From Mobula hypostoma (lineage: Eukaryota), in assembly GCF_963921235.1 (NCBI RefSeq), contig NC_086097.1, positions 120,716,001 through 120,780,000 of the forward strand: 64,000 nt of DNA, in the 5' to 3' direction. The stretch's first letter is position 1. Each line of letters starts with the position of its first letter. This document shows positions 11,288 through 24,678 of the stretch, piece after piece. A model generated the notes under the pieces. That model was not told the DNA's origin and searched no databases. It saw nothing but the letters and a program-made list of their open reading frames with translations. Position numbers and translations under genes: made by a program.

Positions 11288-11850
11288 ACTGGAGATTATC
11301 CTAGCTGGCTTCATCATAGCCTTGTTTGGAAACACCAATGCCCAGAAACAGAAAGGTCTACATAAATTAGTAGATACAGCCCGGTCCATGTACATTGAAA
11401 AGCCTACACACCACTGAGTTCATCTGCATGGAGCACTACCACAAGAAAGAAGCATCTATCAAGGACTGATACCTTAAAAACCACGCTCTCTTCTTGTTAC
11501 TGCCTTCAGACAGGAGGTACAGAAGCCTTATGTCCCACACATACCACCAGGTTTGGGGGCAATTATTACACAGCAAGCCATCAGGCTCCTGAACAGCATG
11601 GATAACTTCACACATTATAGGCTTGAAATGATTGCACAACCTACCACCTCACTTTCAGAAGCTCCACTACTCATGTCCTCAATATTATTTATCTATTTTT
11701 AAAAATTTACACAACCTGTCTTCTTTTGTACATTGTTTGTCTGTTGGTCTTTGTTTATACATAATTTTTTCATAAATTAGATTGTATTTCATTATTTTCC
11801 TGTAAATGCCAGCAAGGAAAGGAATCTCAAGGTTGTCTAGTATATGGAGA
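11288..11850 (+). mobile_element. Rex1/Babar-type LINE 3' fragment
   Basis: Decayed ILAGFIIALFG..QKGLHKLV..HALFLLLPSDRRYRSL plus UTR. Confidence 0.75.
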
Positions 11851-14253
11851 CATACTGTATACACAAGACTATAAGACACAGAAGCAGAATTAGGCCAATT
11901 GGCCTATCGAGTCTGCTCCACCATTTCATCATGGCTGATTCAATTTCCCTCTCAGTCACAATCTCCTGCTTTCTCCCCATATTCTTTTGTGCCCTGACTA
12001 ATCAAGAGTCTATCAACCTCTGCCTTAAATATACCTAGTGACCTGACCTCCACAGCTACCTGTGACAACGAGTTCCATAAATTAGCCACTCACTGGCTAA
12101 AGAAATCTCTCCTCATCTCCATTCTAAACAGTCACCTTCTATTCTGAGGCTGTGTCCTCTGGTATTAGACCCCCATACCATAGGAAACATCCTCTTCACA
12201 TCCATTCTAGCGAGGTCTTTCAACATTTAATTGGTTTCAATGAGGTCACCCCTCATTCTTCTGAATTCCACTGAATCCAGGTCCAGAGTCATCAAATATT
12301 CCTCATATGACAAACCTTTCAATCACGGAATCATCTTGGTGAACCTTCTTTGAACTTTCTGCAATATCAGCACATCCTTTCTTAGATAAGGAACACAAAG
12401 CTGCTCACAAATTACCATGTGAAGCCTCACCAATGTTTTATAAAGCCTCAACATTACATCCTTGCTTTTATATTCCAGTATTCTTAAAATTCATGTTGAC
12501 ATTGCATTTGCCTTCCTCACTATTGAGTCAATCTACAATTTAAAATTCAGGAAATCCTGCATGAAGACTCCCAAGTCTCTTTCCACTTCAGATTTTTGAA
12601 TTTTCACTCCATTTAGAAAATAGTCTACACTTTTACTTCTTCTACCAAAGTTCATGACCATACCCTTTCCGACACTGTATTCCATCTGCCACTTTGCCCA
12701 TTCTCCTAATCAGTCCAAAACTTTCTGCAGCCTCTCTACTTCCTCAAAACTACCTGCCCCTCCACTTATCATCATACTGTGTGCAATCTTGACCAGAAAG
12801 CCACCAATTCCCCCATCAAAGTCATTGACATATAACGTGAAAAGAAATGGTCCCAACACAAACCGCTATGGAACACCATTAGTCACCAGTAGCTAACCAG
12901 AAAAGTATCCCTTTGTTTCCACTCTTTGCCTCCTGCCAATCACACAATGCTCTATCTATGCTAGTATCTTTCCTGTGATACGATAACTTGTTAAGCAGCC
13001 TCATGTGTGGTACCTAGTCAAAAGTCTTCTGAAAATCCAAGTACACATCAACTGATTCTCCTTTGTCTGTCCTACTCATTATTTCTTCAAAGAATTCCAA
13101 TAGAATTCTCAGGCAAGATTTTCCCTTAAGGAAACAATGCCGACTAAGGCCAATTTTATCACATGCCTCTAAGTACCTCAAAACCACATCCTTAACAGTC
13201 AACTCCAGCATCTTCCAAACCACTGAGGTCAGGCTAACAAATTTCACGTCACATGCCGGTGATAATAAACCTGATTCTGATATAATTTCCTCCTTCTCTC
13301 TCTACCCCTTCTCAAAGTATAAACATTTGCAAATTTCCATTCCTCTAGAACCATGCCAGAATCAATTGATTCTAGAAAGATCACTACTAATGCCTCTACA
13401 ATCTTTTCAGCCACCTATTTCTGAACCGTGGAGTGTATACCATTTAGTCCAGGTGACTTATATTCCTTCAAACCTTTCAGTTTCCCAAGAACTTACTCCC
13501 TAGTAATGGCAACTTCACACACTCTGTCCTCTGACACACTCAAACGTCTGGCATATTACTAGTGTCTTCCACAGTGAAGACTGATGCAAAATACTTATTC
13601 AGTTCATCCACCATTTCCTTGTACTGCACTATGACCTCTCCAGCATAATTTTCCAGTGGTCCAATATCTATTTTCATCTCTCTTTTATACTTTTTGTATC
13701 CTCTTGAATATTATTGGCAGCTTAACATCATATTCCATCTTCTCCTTTTGCATAACCTTTTTAGCTGCCTTATGTTGGTTTTTAAAAGTTTCCTAATTCT
13801 CTAACTTCTCACTAATTTTTGCTCTGTTATATGTTCTCTCTTTGTCTTTTATGTTGGCTTTGACCTATCTTGTCATCCACGGTTGTATCATTCTGCCTTT
13901 AGAATTCTTCTTCCTCTTTGTGATGTATATATCATGTGCCTTTTGACTTGCTCCCAGAAATTCCAGCCATTGCTCTTTATTATCATCCTTGCCAGTGTTC
14001 TTTTCCAGTCTATTTTGGCCATCTCCTTTCTCATGTCTTTGTAATTCTCTTTAATCAACTGTAATATCGATACATCTAACTTTGGTTTCTACTTCTCAAA
14101 TTGCAGGGTGAATTCAATCATATTATGATCACTGACCCCTTGGGGTTCCTTTGCCTTCAGCTCTCTAATTAGTTCCAATTCATTGCACAACATCCAATCC
14201 AGAATAGATGATTCCCTGGTGGGCTCAACCATGAGCTGCTCAAAAAAGCCACC

Positions 14254-15000
14254 TCAAGATGTTTCAAAGGTACATATAATGTCAGAGAAATGTATACCAT
14301 ATACTGCGCAACCATCCATGAGAACAGAGGAGTGTCCCCAAAGAATGTATGATAGTTAAATGTTAGAACCCCTCCCACCCACGTGTAAGCAGCAGCAAGT
14401 AAAAATCCCCCTTGCCCCCACTGACGAAAAAAAACATAGGCACCCACCACCAAGCACTCAAGCATGAGCAAAGCAACAGCAAAGACTCAGACTTGTAATA
14501 CTCCAAAGACTACTTGTTCACCCGATATTTGACATACCACAGGCTCTCTCTCTCCCTAATAAGAGAGAAAGGGATATCTCCATTTCACAGCGAGAGGGAA
14601 GACATAACAAACAACTCACTGGTTTATGATGTTAAAAGTCCGTTGCGTTGCTTTTTCCAAGGTCTGTGCCAGAAGATCTCGGGTCTCTGGGCACACAGCC
14701 GGAGATCTTCCGACTTCCCCAATGACACACCGATCTCCTGCCGTAACACCGACCTCCGATCCACCCGTCACCAGAGCTGTGAGATCTCTGTCCTCCGAAG
14801 GCAAGCTGAGCCCTTAAGCTAAGCCCTTGGCATGCTGAATAATGGCCATTCGTGAAACCCCAAGAACGAGTCCCATTCCCACAAAGAACTGTAGTCAGCG
14901 TGTAACTACAAGTCAGCGTCTTCAAAAGAAACCTGAAGCGGAAAAATGGAGATATTAAAGGTGGAAATAGAGCCGTTTCTGAAGATGCAAGCAAAGGAAT
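14254..15000 (-). mobile_element. Non-coding LINE-tailed (non-autonomous) retroposon inserted in CR1
   Basis: Cleanly interrupts the CR1 endonuclease; minus-strand end tctctgacattatatgtacctttgaaacatcttga is a LINE-type tail; no RT ORF. Confidence 0.6.
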
Positions 15001-15963
15001 CTCATAAGAATTCTAGAAATTTTCTCCCTTAGGAACCAGCACCATCCTGATTTTCCCTATCTACCTGCATATTGAAATCCTCCATGACTATCGTAACATT
15101 GCCTTTTTGGCATGCATTTTGTATTACCCATTGTAAATTGTGTCATACATCTTTACTAATGTTTGGGGTCTGTATGTAACTCCCATCAGAGTCTTTTTAC
15201 CCTTGTAGTTCTTTAGCTCTTTCCATAATGACTCAACACCGTCTGACTCTATGTCACCTCTTTCCAATGATTTGAATTCATTTTTTACCAACAGAACCAA
15301 GCCACCCACTCTGACTACCTACCTTCCTTTCGAAACAATATGTATCCTTGGACATTAAGCTCCCAGCTATAATCTTTTATAAGCCACAATTCGATGATGT
15401 CCACAACATCACACATGCTAATCTCTAACCGTGCTACAAGTTCATCTACCTTATTCCCTACACTGCACACATTCAAATATCACCTCCAGGCCTGTATTCA
15501 CCCTTCTGATTTTGTCTGCCTCTTACATTACAACTCATCCTGCTAACTGCAATTGTGCACTATCATCAACCTCTTCTTGCTAGCAGTCTCACTATACACT
15601 GCCTCCATTTGTAAACCAACTAACTCTTTCTCAGCACTCCCACTCTGGTTCCCATCCCCCTACCAAATTAATTTAATGCCCCCAAGCAACTCTAGCAAAC
15701 CTGCCCACAAGCATATTGGTCCCTCTTGGGTTTAGATGTTGCATTCCTTTTGTACAGGTCTCTAGAAGAGATCCCAACTATCCAGAAATCTTAACCCCTG
15801 CTCCCTTCAGCCACATATTTATCTGCCAGATCATCTTATTCTTACCCTTACTGGTGCATGGCATGGACAGCAATTCAGATTTATTACCCTGGAGGTCCTG
15901 ATTTTCAGCTTTCTACCGAGCTCCTTAAAATCTCTCTTCAGAGCCTTTTCACCTTTCCTACCT

Positions 15964-16288
15964 AGGAGATACAGAAGCATGAAGGCACACACTCAGCGAT
16001 TCAGGAACAGCTTCTTCCCCTCTGCCATCCGATTCCTAAATGGACATTGAAGCTTTGGACACTACCTCACTTTTTTAATATACAGTATTTCTGCTTTTGC
16101 ATATTTAAAAAAAAATCTATTCAATATACGTAATTGATTTACTTGTTTATTTATTATTATGTCTTATTATATTTATTATTATTATTATATTTCTCTCTCT
16201 GTTAGATTATGTATTGCATTGAACTGCTGCTTCTAAGTTAACAAACTTCACGTCAAATGCTGGTGATAATAAACCCGCTTCTGATTCT
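15964..16288 (+). mobile_element. Rex1/Babar-type LINE 3' end inserted in CR1 ORF1
   Basis: RRYRSMKAHTQRFRNSFFPSAIRFLNGH; very similar to 61441-61772. Confidence 0.85.
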
Positions 16289-17567
16289 ATGTAATTGATG
16301 CCAATATATATCAAGACTTCTGGCTGCCCAGCTTCTTTCTTGAAAATCCATGGACCTGATCCAAAACATCCCTGATCCTGGCACCTGGGAGGCAACAACC
16401 CATCCGGATGTCTCTATTGCGCCCACACAATCTGATCTCTGATCCTCTATCTCCCATCACCACTGCAGTCCTCTTTACCTCACTTCTCGTCTGAGCCACA
16501 GCAACAGTCTCGGTGTCAGAGGTCCAGCCACTGCGGCTCCCCCGAATGGTTGTCCCCCTCTGCAGTATCCAAAGCGTTATACTTATTATTAAGGGGAACA
16601 GCCACAGGAGTACTTTGCACTGTTGCTCAGCAGTTGGTCGCAGTGCAACTCCTTGAATCTGCTGCAAAGTTCTGCCTTTTTGTATGTTGCGTGCGGACTT
16701 AATTGAAAATGTAGTTCTCCTCTTGTCCACCCACTTAGTGACTGGTCACAGTCCAATTCTTTCATACTTTGATAATAAATTTTACTTTGACTTTGAAGCT
16801 GATCTGATCTGGATTGGAGTAATATTTATGTGGATAAAAGAGCACAACAGTGGCTGCTTATCTTGTAAATACATCTTATACCTTTCACTAACCTCATAGT
16901 ACAAGAATGCAAAGGGTTAGTCTCCATTTTGCTGGCTGAGCAATTCCAGGACTTGAAAATTCAACACCATCCAGGATGAAAGAGCCCACTTGATTTCTTC
17001 ATTTGGAATTTGTTTAGCATTGTCATAGATACTGAGACATTGCGAAAAGATTACTTTGCCAATGGTCATACAGATCACACTGTTACACAGTGCAATGAAA
17101 TAGCCAAAAAAAACAATAACAATGTAGAATAAGTGCAGATAAATAATAAGGTAAAAGATCATAATGCAGTGGATAGTGAGGTTAAGAGTCCATTTCATCA
17201 TCTTTGGGAACTATTTACTGTAATAGTCTTATAATTGCTGGCTAAAAGCTCTCCTTGAACCTTATGTATTCCAATACATAATTAAATATGAAGGTAAAGT
17301 TAAAACAGAGATAACATTCTCTCCCCTTTGCCTGTTTATCCTTTGCTTATGATCTCCTCTTAAGTCAATGGGATCTTGGATTTTGCACAATGTCTAACAT
17401 AGCACGGGACCCAAGCTGTGACAGACCAGCATGATGTTGGAGAACCTGAACAGGGTTGGCTTCTTCACTTGGGAGCAATGCAGCAGAGAGACAGACTCCA
17501 TTGTCCAAATCTGTAAGTGCCAGCCAGTGCGGAAACCTAGGTCATACTTCATTTTAAACAACTGATA

Positions 17568-17860
17568 AAGAGATAAAGATCAACTTTATTTGTCGCATGT
17601 ATGTCGAAACATAGAAATGTTCAGAGTAATGTGTCATTGGTGTTGCCATGCTTCCAGAGCCTTCACAACGTGCCTACAACTCACTAATCATAACCATACA
17701 TCTTTACTATGTTAGAGGAAACCAGAGCACACAGAGGAAGCCTTGAGATCATGGGGAGAAGGTACAAACTCCTTATAGTACAGCGGCAAGAATTGAATCC
17801 CAATCACTGACATTGGCACTGTAAAGTGTCACGATAATCACAACGCTGTATTGCTGCCCC
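17568..17860 (-). mobile_element. HE1-like V-SINE
   Basis: Same head, core and tail as 8622-8893 and 50970-51303. Confidence 0.75.
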
Positions 17861-18483
17861 TAACTACCAGAGTGTTGGTGTGTTCTTGGTAGGTTGCTGG
17901 CAACTGCTAAGATCCAAATGAATTTTTTTGGTAACAAAGAAATAATCAGATGAGTTTCTCAAATGAGTTAGTTTACTTGTCCAATACACAAGAGAATCCA
18001 GTGCACTAGAGCAACACAGGCTCGACTTAGTAAAGCCATTTCATCACGGATCCATCATCTCAGGTTCAGTCCTGATCTCAGGATCTGTCTATGCAGAGTT
18101 CGCACACTTTTTCAGTTATTTTATGAGTTTCTTTCCAGTACCCAAAGCTATGTGGGGTTTGATGGGCTTTGGGAGTACCTATCAATCTTCAGGCTCTGAT
18201 CTTCAGTATCAGTATTCTGCTAAGTAAATTGGTTTCAGCGCCACTAGGTTATCAAAAGGGTAATGTCCAAATTTTAATCCCATTTATTGGGATGAAACAC
18301 ATTAATACAATCATGAAGAAAGCATGCTAATGGTTCTACTTCACTAGAAATTTGAGGAGATTTGGCAAAGACTCATGCAGATTTCTATAGATTTACACTG
18401 GAGAGCATTCTGACTGGTTGCATCAGACGATTACAGGAGGCTGCAGAAGGTTCCAGACTCAGCCAACTTTATCATGGGCACAA

Positions 18484-18715
18484 CGTAATTGGAAAACTAA
18501 CTGAAAGAAAAACACAGGAGCTCAGGGATAACCTGCCTACTCCATCATTACTTTTGGTGAGATGCACACTTACGGCCTGGAGCCATAGTAACATATGCCA
18601 TTCACATACTTTTACATATAACCCTTACTGAATTACGTAAACTGCAAAGAATGCTTAATCAAACAATGTATTTACAATATTACTCAATTATTATTGAAAT
18701 AGTAAATACACAGCA
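18484..18715 (-). mobile_element. Probable short solo LTR
   Basis: AT-rich insert interrupting the LINE coding frame; minus strand begins TGctgtgtattta; TSD not resolved. Confidence 0.4.
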
Positions 18716-18982
18716 CTCACCACAGGGGACAAAAGACAGTGCGTCAAAAAGGCGGTATCAATCATTAAGCATCCTCATCATCCAGGACATTCTCTCTTCT
18801 CATTCCAACCATTAAGGAAGAGATACAGGAGCCAATGACCCAAATTCACAAACAGTTTATTCCCCTCTGCTATCAGATTTTGAACAGTCTACAAAGCCAT
18901 AAACACTAACCCATTATTCCTTTATTTTTTGATTTGTTTATATTGTAATTTATAGTAGCTGTGTGTCTTTGCACTGTGCTGT

Positions 18983-19540
18983 TGTAATATGGAAAGTCAG
19001 CTTATTTGCTGATTGAAAGGTGCTTCCACTGTGCTGGTTAATGATGGGCCTGCTCGTGGTATGTACCTCCCTATCCATTGGTTAGCTCCCATGCCCTGTG
19101 GCACCGGTTTCAGGACCCAAGTCACGTGCTGTGATACCTGCGAATGGTTTCCGGTCTTCAGGTGTATAAAGGTGAACGCACGTGTGTGAGTCACTCTGCT
19201 TTTACCCCGAGTCACTCCAGGCTGTGAGCCACAGGCAGCACTGGAGAACCATTTGGAAGGTGTGTTGCTGTCAATAGGGGGAAGGGCTCATGTTTCAAGT
19301 GCACACCTAGATAAGTAGTTGTTTTTTGCTTGTTTTATCTTGTTGTGTAGCTTGGACAGATCTAACAAGAGCATTGAATGCTTAATGTTGTAGGTTCTGT
19401 AGTTTAGATGAGTGTTGTTCTTGTCTTAATGCAAGTAATGTGTTTCATTGCTTTCTTGTGAATGATCAGCTGGTGTACTTATCCGCAATCAATGTCTGCT
19501 ATTTCACTTACCTAACCCGCAAATCAGTTTCCATTCAACA
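18983..19540 (+). mobile_element. Probable solo LTR
   Basis: tgtaat..tcaaca ends, internal ccattggtt and tataaag promoter-like motifs, interrupts LINE UTR; gttg on both sides but overlapping the left TG. Confidence 0.55.
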
Positions 19541-19862
19541 GTTGCTGCCATGAAACAACAAATTTCTTGTCACATAAGGCCGTGATTAAAGAAAACTGAT
19601 TATGATTCTGATTGTCAAATGTATCCGGTATATAGATTGGGGGTAGATTCTGGGGCAACACGGGGTGAATAAATTGGAATTAGGGCATGGTTAGTATGAG
19701 TGATTGTCAGCTCAGGATTAGTGAATCCTCCGAGCTTATTTCTGTGTTAGTTCCACATTTATGTCTCCATGTCTAGGTCTCCTTGAATCATATAGACACT
19801 TGAACCTCAAAAAATGATTGCTTTTCTATCGTAAGGTAACTTATCCTTTCAAAAGCATTTTA

Positions 19863-20170
19863 TGATTTCAGATTTATATTTATTTATCACATGTACATTG
19901 AAACATAGAGTGAAATACATCACTTGTGTTAAGAGCACTTTCTGATGCCAATATAGCATGCCCTCAATAGCTGGCAGAAGAACACAGAACACAACATGCA
20001 ACAAACCAACAACAGCAAAACATGCCATTTCCCTCCCTTCCCCAAACATGGACAGACTTCCAGCTCCAGGCAGGCCGCTAAGGCTTCAGTCTCCAATTGC
20101 AGGCTTCAGCCATCAGCCTTCGACTTCCGGACTTCTGATTGATCTTTTGGCTCCGATCTTTGGTACTGGT
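19863..20170 (-). mobile_element. Non-coding LINE-tailed retroposon
   Basis: Minus-strand tail atgtacatgtgataaataaatataaatctgaaatc; GC-rich body without ORF. Confidence 0.55.
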
Positions 20171-21107
20171 GTTCTGTTAAGTAAATTGGTTTCAGCACCT
20201 CTAGTTTAGAAAAAGAGTAACTTTCATCCCAGTTATTAACCAATGGTCCATATTACGAGTGGGCATTCATGAATATTTAAAGATGATTCAAGGACAAATT
20301 ATTTCCTGAAATGAACCATCAGTGCTTACATATTAATATACATAAGGGGTTCCCACAGAGCAACAACTTGCATAAGAAGGCCTGATGAAGTAACTTCAGG
20401 CTGAAGCATTTTCTGCAGCGTACATCATTTTTTAACACTTTACAACTCCCCACTTATCTCCAGTGGTGCTTGGATATTTCAGCAGTAAGAACATCTTCAT
20501 ACTTATAGTCAAAATTAAACACGCCAATGCATTTATTCTGAGCTAGGTGTTCTTGTCAATTAGAATGAACATCAGTGTGATTTGTAATCATTGAGTACAT
20601 CTCACAAAAGTAACTCATGCCAAGTACCCAGTTATATTGCATTTCATTTTGTGTAGAATAACAGATACAAGGAGATTTTCATGCAGCAGTAATCCGATTA
20701 GATGATTTCACTAATGTCATAAAATATTATTGGAACTCCAAATATAAATTACTATCTCAGTGTTAGTTTATTGTACGTGTCAACTCCTATGAAATATGGT
20801 AAGGTTATTAGAATGATTTTATTCTGAACTGGGTCCTTCCTGATTTGAGGCCAGCATTCATGAGTGATGTTTTCTGTCCTTATGTTGTTTGCCTTTGACA
20901 CGTATTACTTGCAGTGTAAGATTAATGATTAGGATGCAATCAATGCAAGATCATTGAATGTTAATGATTTCCAGAAAAGTGCATAATCAGTTTGTTGTAT
21001 ATATATAATTATGCATTGACAAGGATAATTAAGGACAGACTGCTATCTATTCTTTCACATTCATGTGAGGATACCTTTCAATCAACCTTACATCAAGGGG
21101 ACAATTG

Positions 21108-21435
21108 TATTTATTTATTTTTTTATTCAGCGATACAGCACATTAACAGGCTCATCCAGTCCAATGAATCTGATTACACGCACGTAACAAATTAACCTCC
21201 TAACCCACACATCTTTTGGAATGTGGATGGAAACTGGAGCACTCTGTGGAAACACCCATAGACACTAGAATCTCAAAAAATGATTGCTTTTCTATCGTAA
21301 GCTAATTTATCTTTTCAAGAGCATTTTAACTGCAGGGAAACAATGCACAAACTTCTTACAAACAGTGGCAGGAATCGAACCGGGGTCACTGGCGCTGTAA
21401 AAGCCTTACACTGACTGCTATGCTACCATGCTATC
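21108..21435 (-). mobile_element. HE1-like V-SINE containing a 71-nt foreign insert
   Basis: Head gcatggtagcatagcagtcagtg..ccccggttcgattcctg (B box GTTCGATTC); V core split at 21258-21328. Confidence 0.8.
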
Positions 21436-21499
21436 ACTATAATTGTTACCAATTGTATGCGATCCGATCAGAGAAAGAGAGCACAATAAGAAAGTCACA

Positions 21500-21935
21500 A
21501 GAAAACTAATCTGAGAAGATTGGAAAAGGTCAGGTGCTGGCTGTATCGAAGCAGTGAAGCCCGAGACCAGGGGTGAGGAACGATCCAAGGTTTGGATGAG
21601 TTAAGCACCGAGCCATATTGAAATGATCACAGCGCCAGTGTAGGAGGCCAAGTGGGTTTGGCTCTCTGCTTCTTGGGGTTTGTTCATCTCTGTACTGGAC
21701 TGAGGCTCTGACCTGCAACTAGTGGTCTTCTGGATCAGCCTGCCATTGTGAACTTCAGTTCTGAATGCTGTGTTTTTTCTCTGCCTCTGCACACTCAGTG
21801 TTTGGACAGACTTCTTTTATTTCTAATGGGTTCGAGTGGGGTTCTTTGTTTTGCAGCTGCTTGTAAGGAGACAAATTTCAAGGATGTACAAAGCATACAC
21901 ACATTGATAATAAAATGTACTTCGAACTTCGATCA
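21500..21935 (+). mobile_element. Non-coding LINE-tailed retroposon
   Basis: Ends gcttgtaaggagacaaatttcaagg..gataataaaatgtacttcgaacttcga, the same tail type as 48753-48820 (minus). Confidence 0.6.
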
Positions 21936-23209
21936 AAGCAACACAGCAGACAAAAAGAAATGATCGAAAAGTTGCCAGTTCACTAATCCATTTAAAATTA
22001 ATCCTCAATCACTCAGGCAACCATCTATTCTTCTTGATAAGCTTGTTGGTTTATAATTCATTTGTTCTTTGTATTGTGATTTAATGATGTTGATACTTAT
22101 AATTAAAGTCAAGTAGAGAATGCTTCTTGAAACTTGTCCGTTGGGATCAGACATTGATCAAGGAGATAAAATTGCACTGAGAGAAGTTCTTTCAGTTTAG
22201 AAGTAGTTATTTAGAAAACAAAATAGATTTAAAAATGATTCATTTAAGCTAATTCTTTTTCCGTTTCGGGTGGTGATACTTTCTTCTAATCAAGGGGAAA
22301 AGTGTTTACACAAGGGAATGTACTGTCAGCAACAAGAATTTGAAGATTGTAAATAACTGCAAAGTGAAATATTTGAGCCCATATTACTTCTGGTCTGAAC
22401 CTATCATGTGGCCTCAGTGTGATTTTCAGAAGAGCACCTGCACTGTATCAATGTGACGTTTCTATTTTCCACGCTGTTGTGAATGAGGTTTCCAGTTTAA
22501 TGTTACCCTGTCCCAAATTACAAGCTGCTTTGTGTGTTGAACTCATGCCCATGAGCAAGCAGTTAGGCCTGCCTGAAGACAAAATACATGGAATCCTTTT
22601 AGTTAATGAAGAACAAAGAATTTAAAGTCATCATTCTGGGCTGACAAGCTATGAAAAAAGCCACTACATTGCTCGTTATGCCTCAAGAGGATTTTAAAAG
22701 ATCATTCTTCAGATTTAGAGATCAGCATAGAACAATTGGAACGGAGGGTTTCCATGGTAACACTGCTATATTCATTGATAAGCATTTTCTGCTCATTTGA
22801 GTATATTGTCCTGTGTCATAAACAAGTGGTGCTAAATAGTTAGATGTTTTCTGATGATTTATTAAAAAGCATTAATTCTAATCTTATTTGTTTTTAAGCT
22901 TCCCAGGCATAGTCTAATTGCATTATGGAAATTAAGCAGAGCACATCTGAGAGGATGTCATGTTCAAAGTCTAGAGGCAAGTCGATGTGCACAACATCAT
23001 GTAAGAAGGGTAGTCATATTATTGTGAGCAGTAGACGTCAAACAGAACAAGGCCACAGGTAAATCTGCTACATGATAATTGTTGTCAGATTAGCAATTGG
23101 AATTGCATCATATGACTGAAAGGACATTGTTCCATTGAATGCAAGTGAAGAGGAGTTTAAAAAGGATACACTATTGTCCACTTCCTGAGTTCTCCCAGAT
23201 TAGTGTGTT

Positions 23210-23850
23210 CTAACCTGAGTTTTTTTAAGCTGCAACAGTACCTCACAGCTCTTCAACTCAAAGCCCCACTATACTAACTACCCTATAAAAACTTGCACAG
23301 CAACTTTCAGGGATCTGTGACCTGAACCGCAAGATCCCACTGCTCTTCTACACGGCCAAGAATCCTGCTATTCAGCTTGCACTCTGTCTTCAAGTTTGAT
23401 CTTCCAGAGTGTAACACTTCACACCATTCCAGAATGAATCCCATCTGTTACTTTTCCACCATTTCTGCATCTTGTCTATATCACATTAACCTACGACAAC
23501 CTTGTAAAATATCCCCAAGTCCACCAATCTTTGCTTCATCTGCAGTCTTACTAACCCATCCTTCTACTTCCTCATCCAAGTCATTTATAAAAATCACGGG
23601 GAGCAGGGTCTCCTGTACAGATCCCTGCAGAACAACAGTAGCCTCTGACCTCCAGGCGGTATATGCACCATTTACTACAATCTTCTAGCATCTGTGGGCA
23701 ATTTAGATGCTGCACTGCCGTTTCCCTGGATCCCATGCTTCATGACTTTCTGGATGAGATTAACATGGGGAACCTTTTGAAACACGTTGCTAATAACCAT
23801 TTTTACGCAAACCCTATGCTCTGACTTCATCAATTCATTTTGGCATCTAT
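23210..23850 (-). mobile_element. Old CR1 LINE RT fragment
   Basis: Minus-strand KVPH, VLQGSVQETLL.VIFINDLDEEVEGWVSKTADEAKIGG. Confidence 0.75.
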
Positions 23851-24327
23851 TCCAGAGGTTTTTTTCTTAAGGCAATTCTCTTCTTTCAGGACTTATTATG
23901 AAGATTTACAATAGTGATGAAGAAATTTTCTCATATACATTTGGGTTCTTTATGTTGGTCCATCCGGACTCTCTTTGAGAAGAATATTTGCATTGAATAA
24001 TTTGAAGTGAAAGCAATGATACATTAAAAGTTGACCAGATAGAACATGAGTAATTTCTAATGAGCTAACAAAACCTTCATCTCTATGATTAGCCTTTTCA
24101 ATAATGTACTCAACTACATACGCCTTTCAGGGGATACCATTTCCTTAGGATTTAAATTTCCTGTTCAGTGTGACTAATAATGCACTCTTCCAAAGGCTCA
24201 CAGATTTCTATTCAGTAAAGTAAATATACTCTGGCCTATTCTGAACTGAGTTACATTGATAAGCATGAAGCTTTAGACCTGGTGCAGACGGAACATCTCC
24301 ATTCTCATTAATGGAAAGGAACATTAT

Positions 24328-24678
24328 AAGTCATTGAGTAATAGACGATAGAAACAGACCCTTCAGCCCACCTCATCCATGCCTACCAAGAGTCCATTTA
24401 AACCAGTAACAGTTTCTCCTGTTGGGCCCATATAGCGTTAAACCTTTCCTACCTATATACGTATCCAAATGTCTTTTAACTGTTTTTTATTATACCTGTC
24501 TCAGTCATTTCCTTTGACAGCTCATTACATTCACACTACCCTCAGTATCCTTTTAAATCTCTTCCCTCTCACCTGAAGCCTATGCCTGCGAATTTGTAAT
24601 TCCCTTTCCCTGGGGGAAAAGAGACAGTCTGAATTCACCTCTTTTATGCTCCTCATAATATACACTTTTATAGAGTTC
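24328..24678 (-). mobile_element. CR1 LINE 3' end
   Basis: CR1 tail gggctgaagggtctgtttctat on minus; decayed C-terminal codons. Confidence 0.7.

Larger units (their letters stand above)
11862..16625 (-). mobile_element. Long decayed CR1 LINE (ORF1 esterase, endonuclease, RT, tail) interrupted at about 13240, 14254-15000 and 15964-16288
   Basis: KSCLRILLEFFEE..VYLDFQKTFD; GGLVLLVK..VESLW..MGVTYR; ORF1 LCGRNRDIRMGCCLPGARIRDV (SGNH-like); tail at 11862. Confidence 0.9.
18295..19612 (+). mobile_element. Rex1/Babar-type LINE 3' fragment split by two LTR-like inserts
   Basis: DFYRFTLESILTGCI, then HPHHPGHSLFS..RRYR; tail ctgattatgattctgatt at about 19596-19612. Confidence 0.75.

Noticed and set aside
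13237..13282. Short foreign segment inside the CR1 RT
   Set aside because: It is just a severely truncated Rex1/Babar-type tail (same as 61712-61772)
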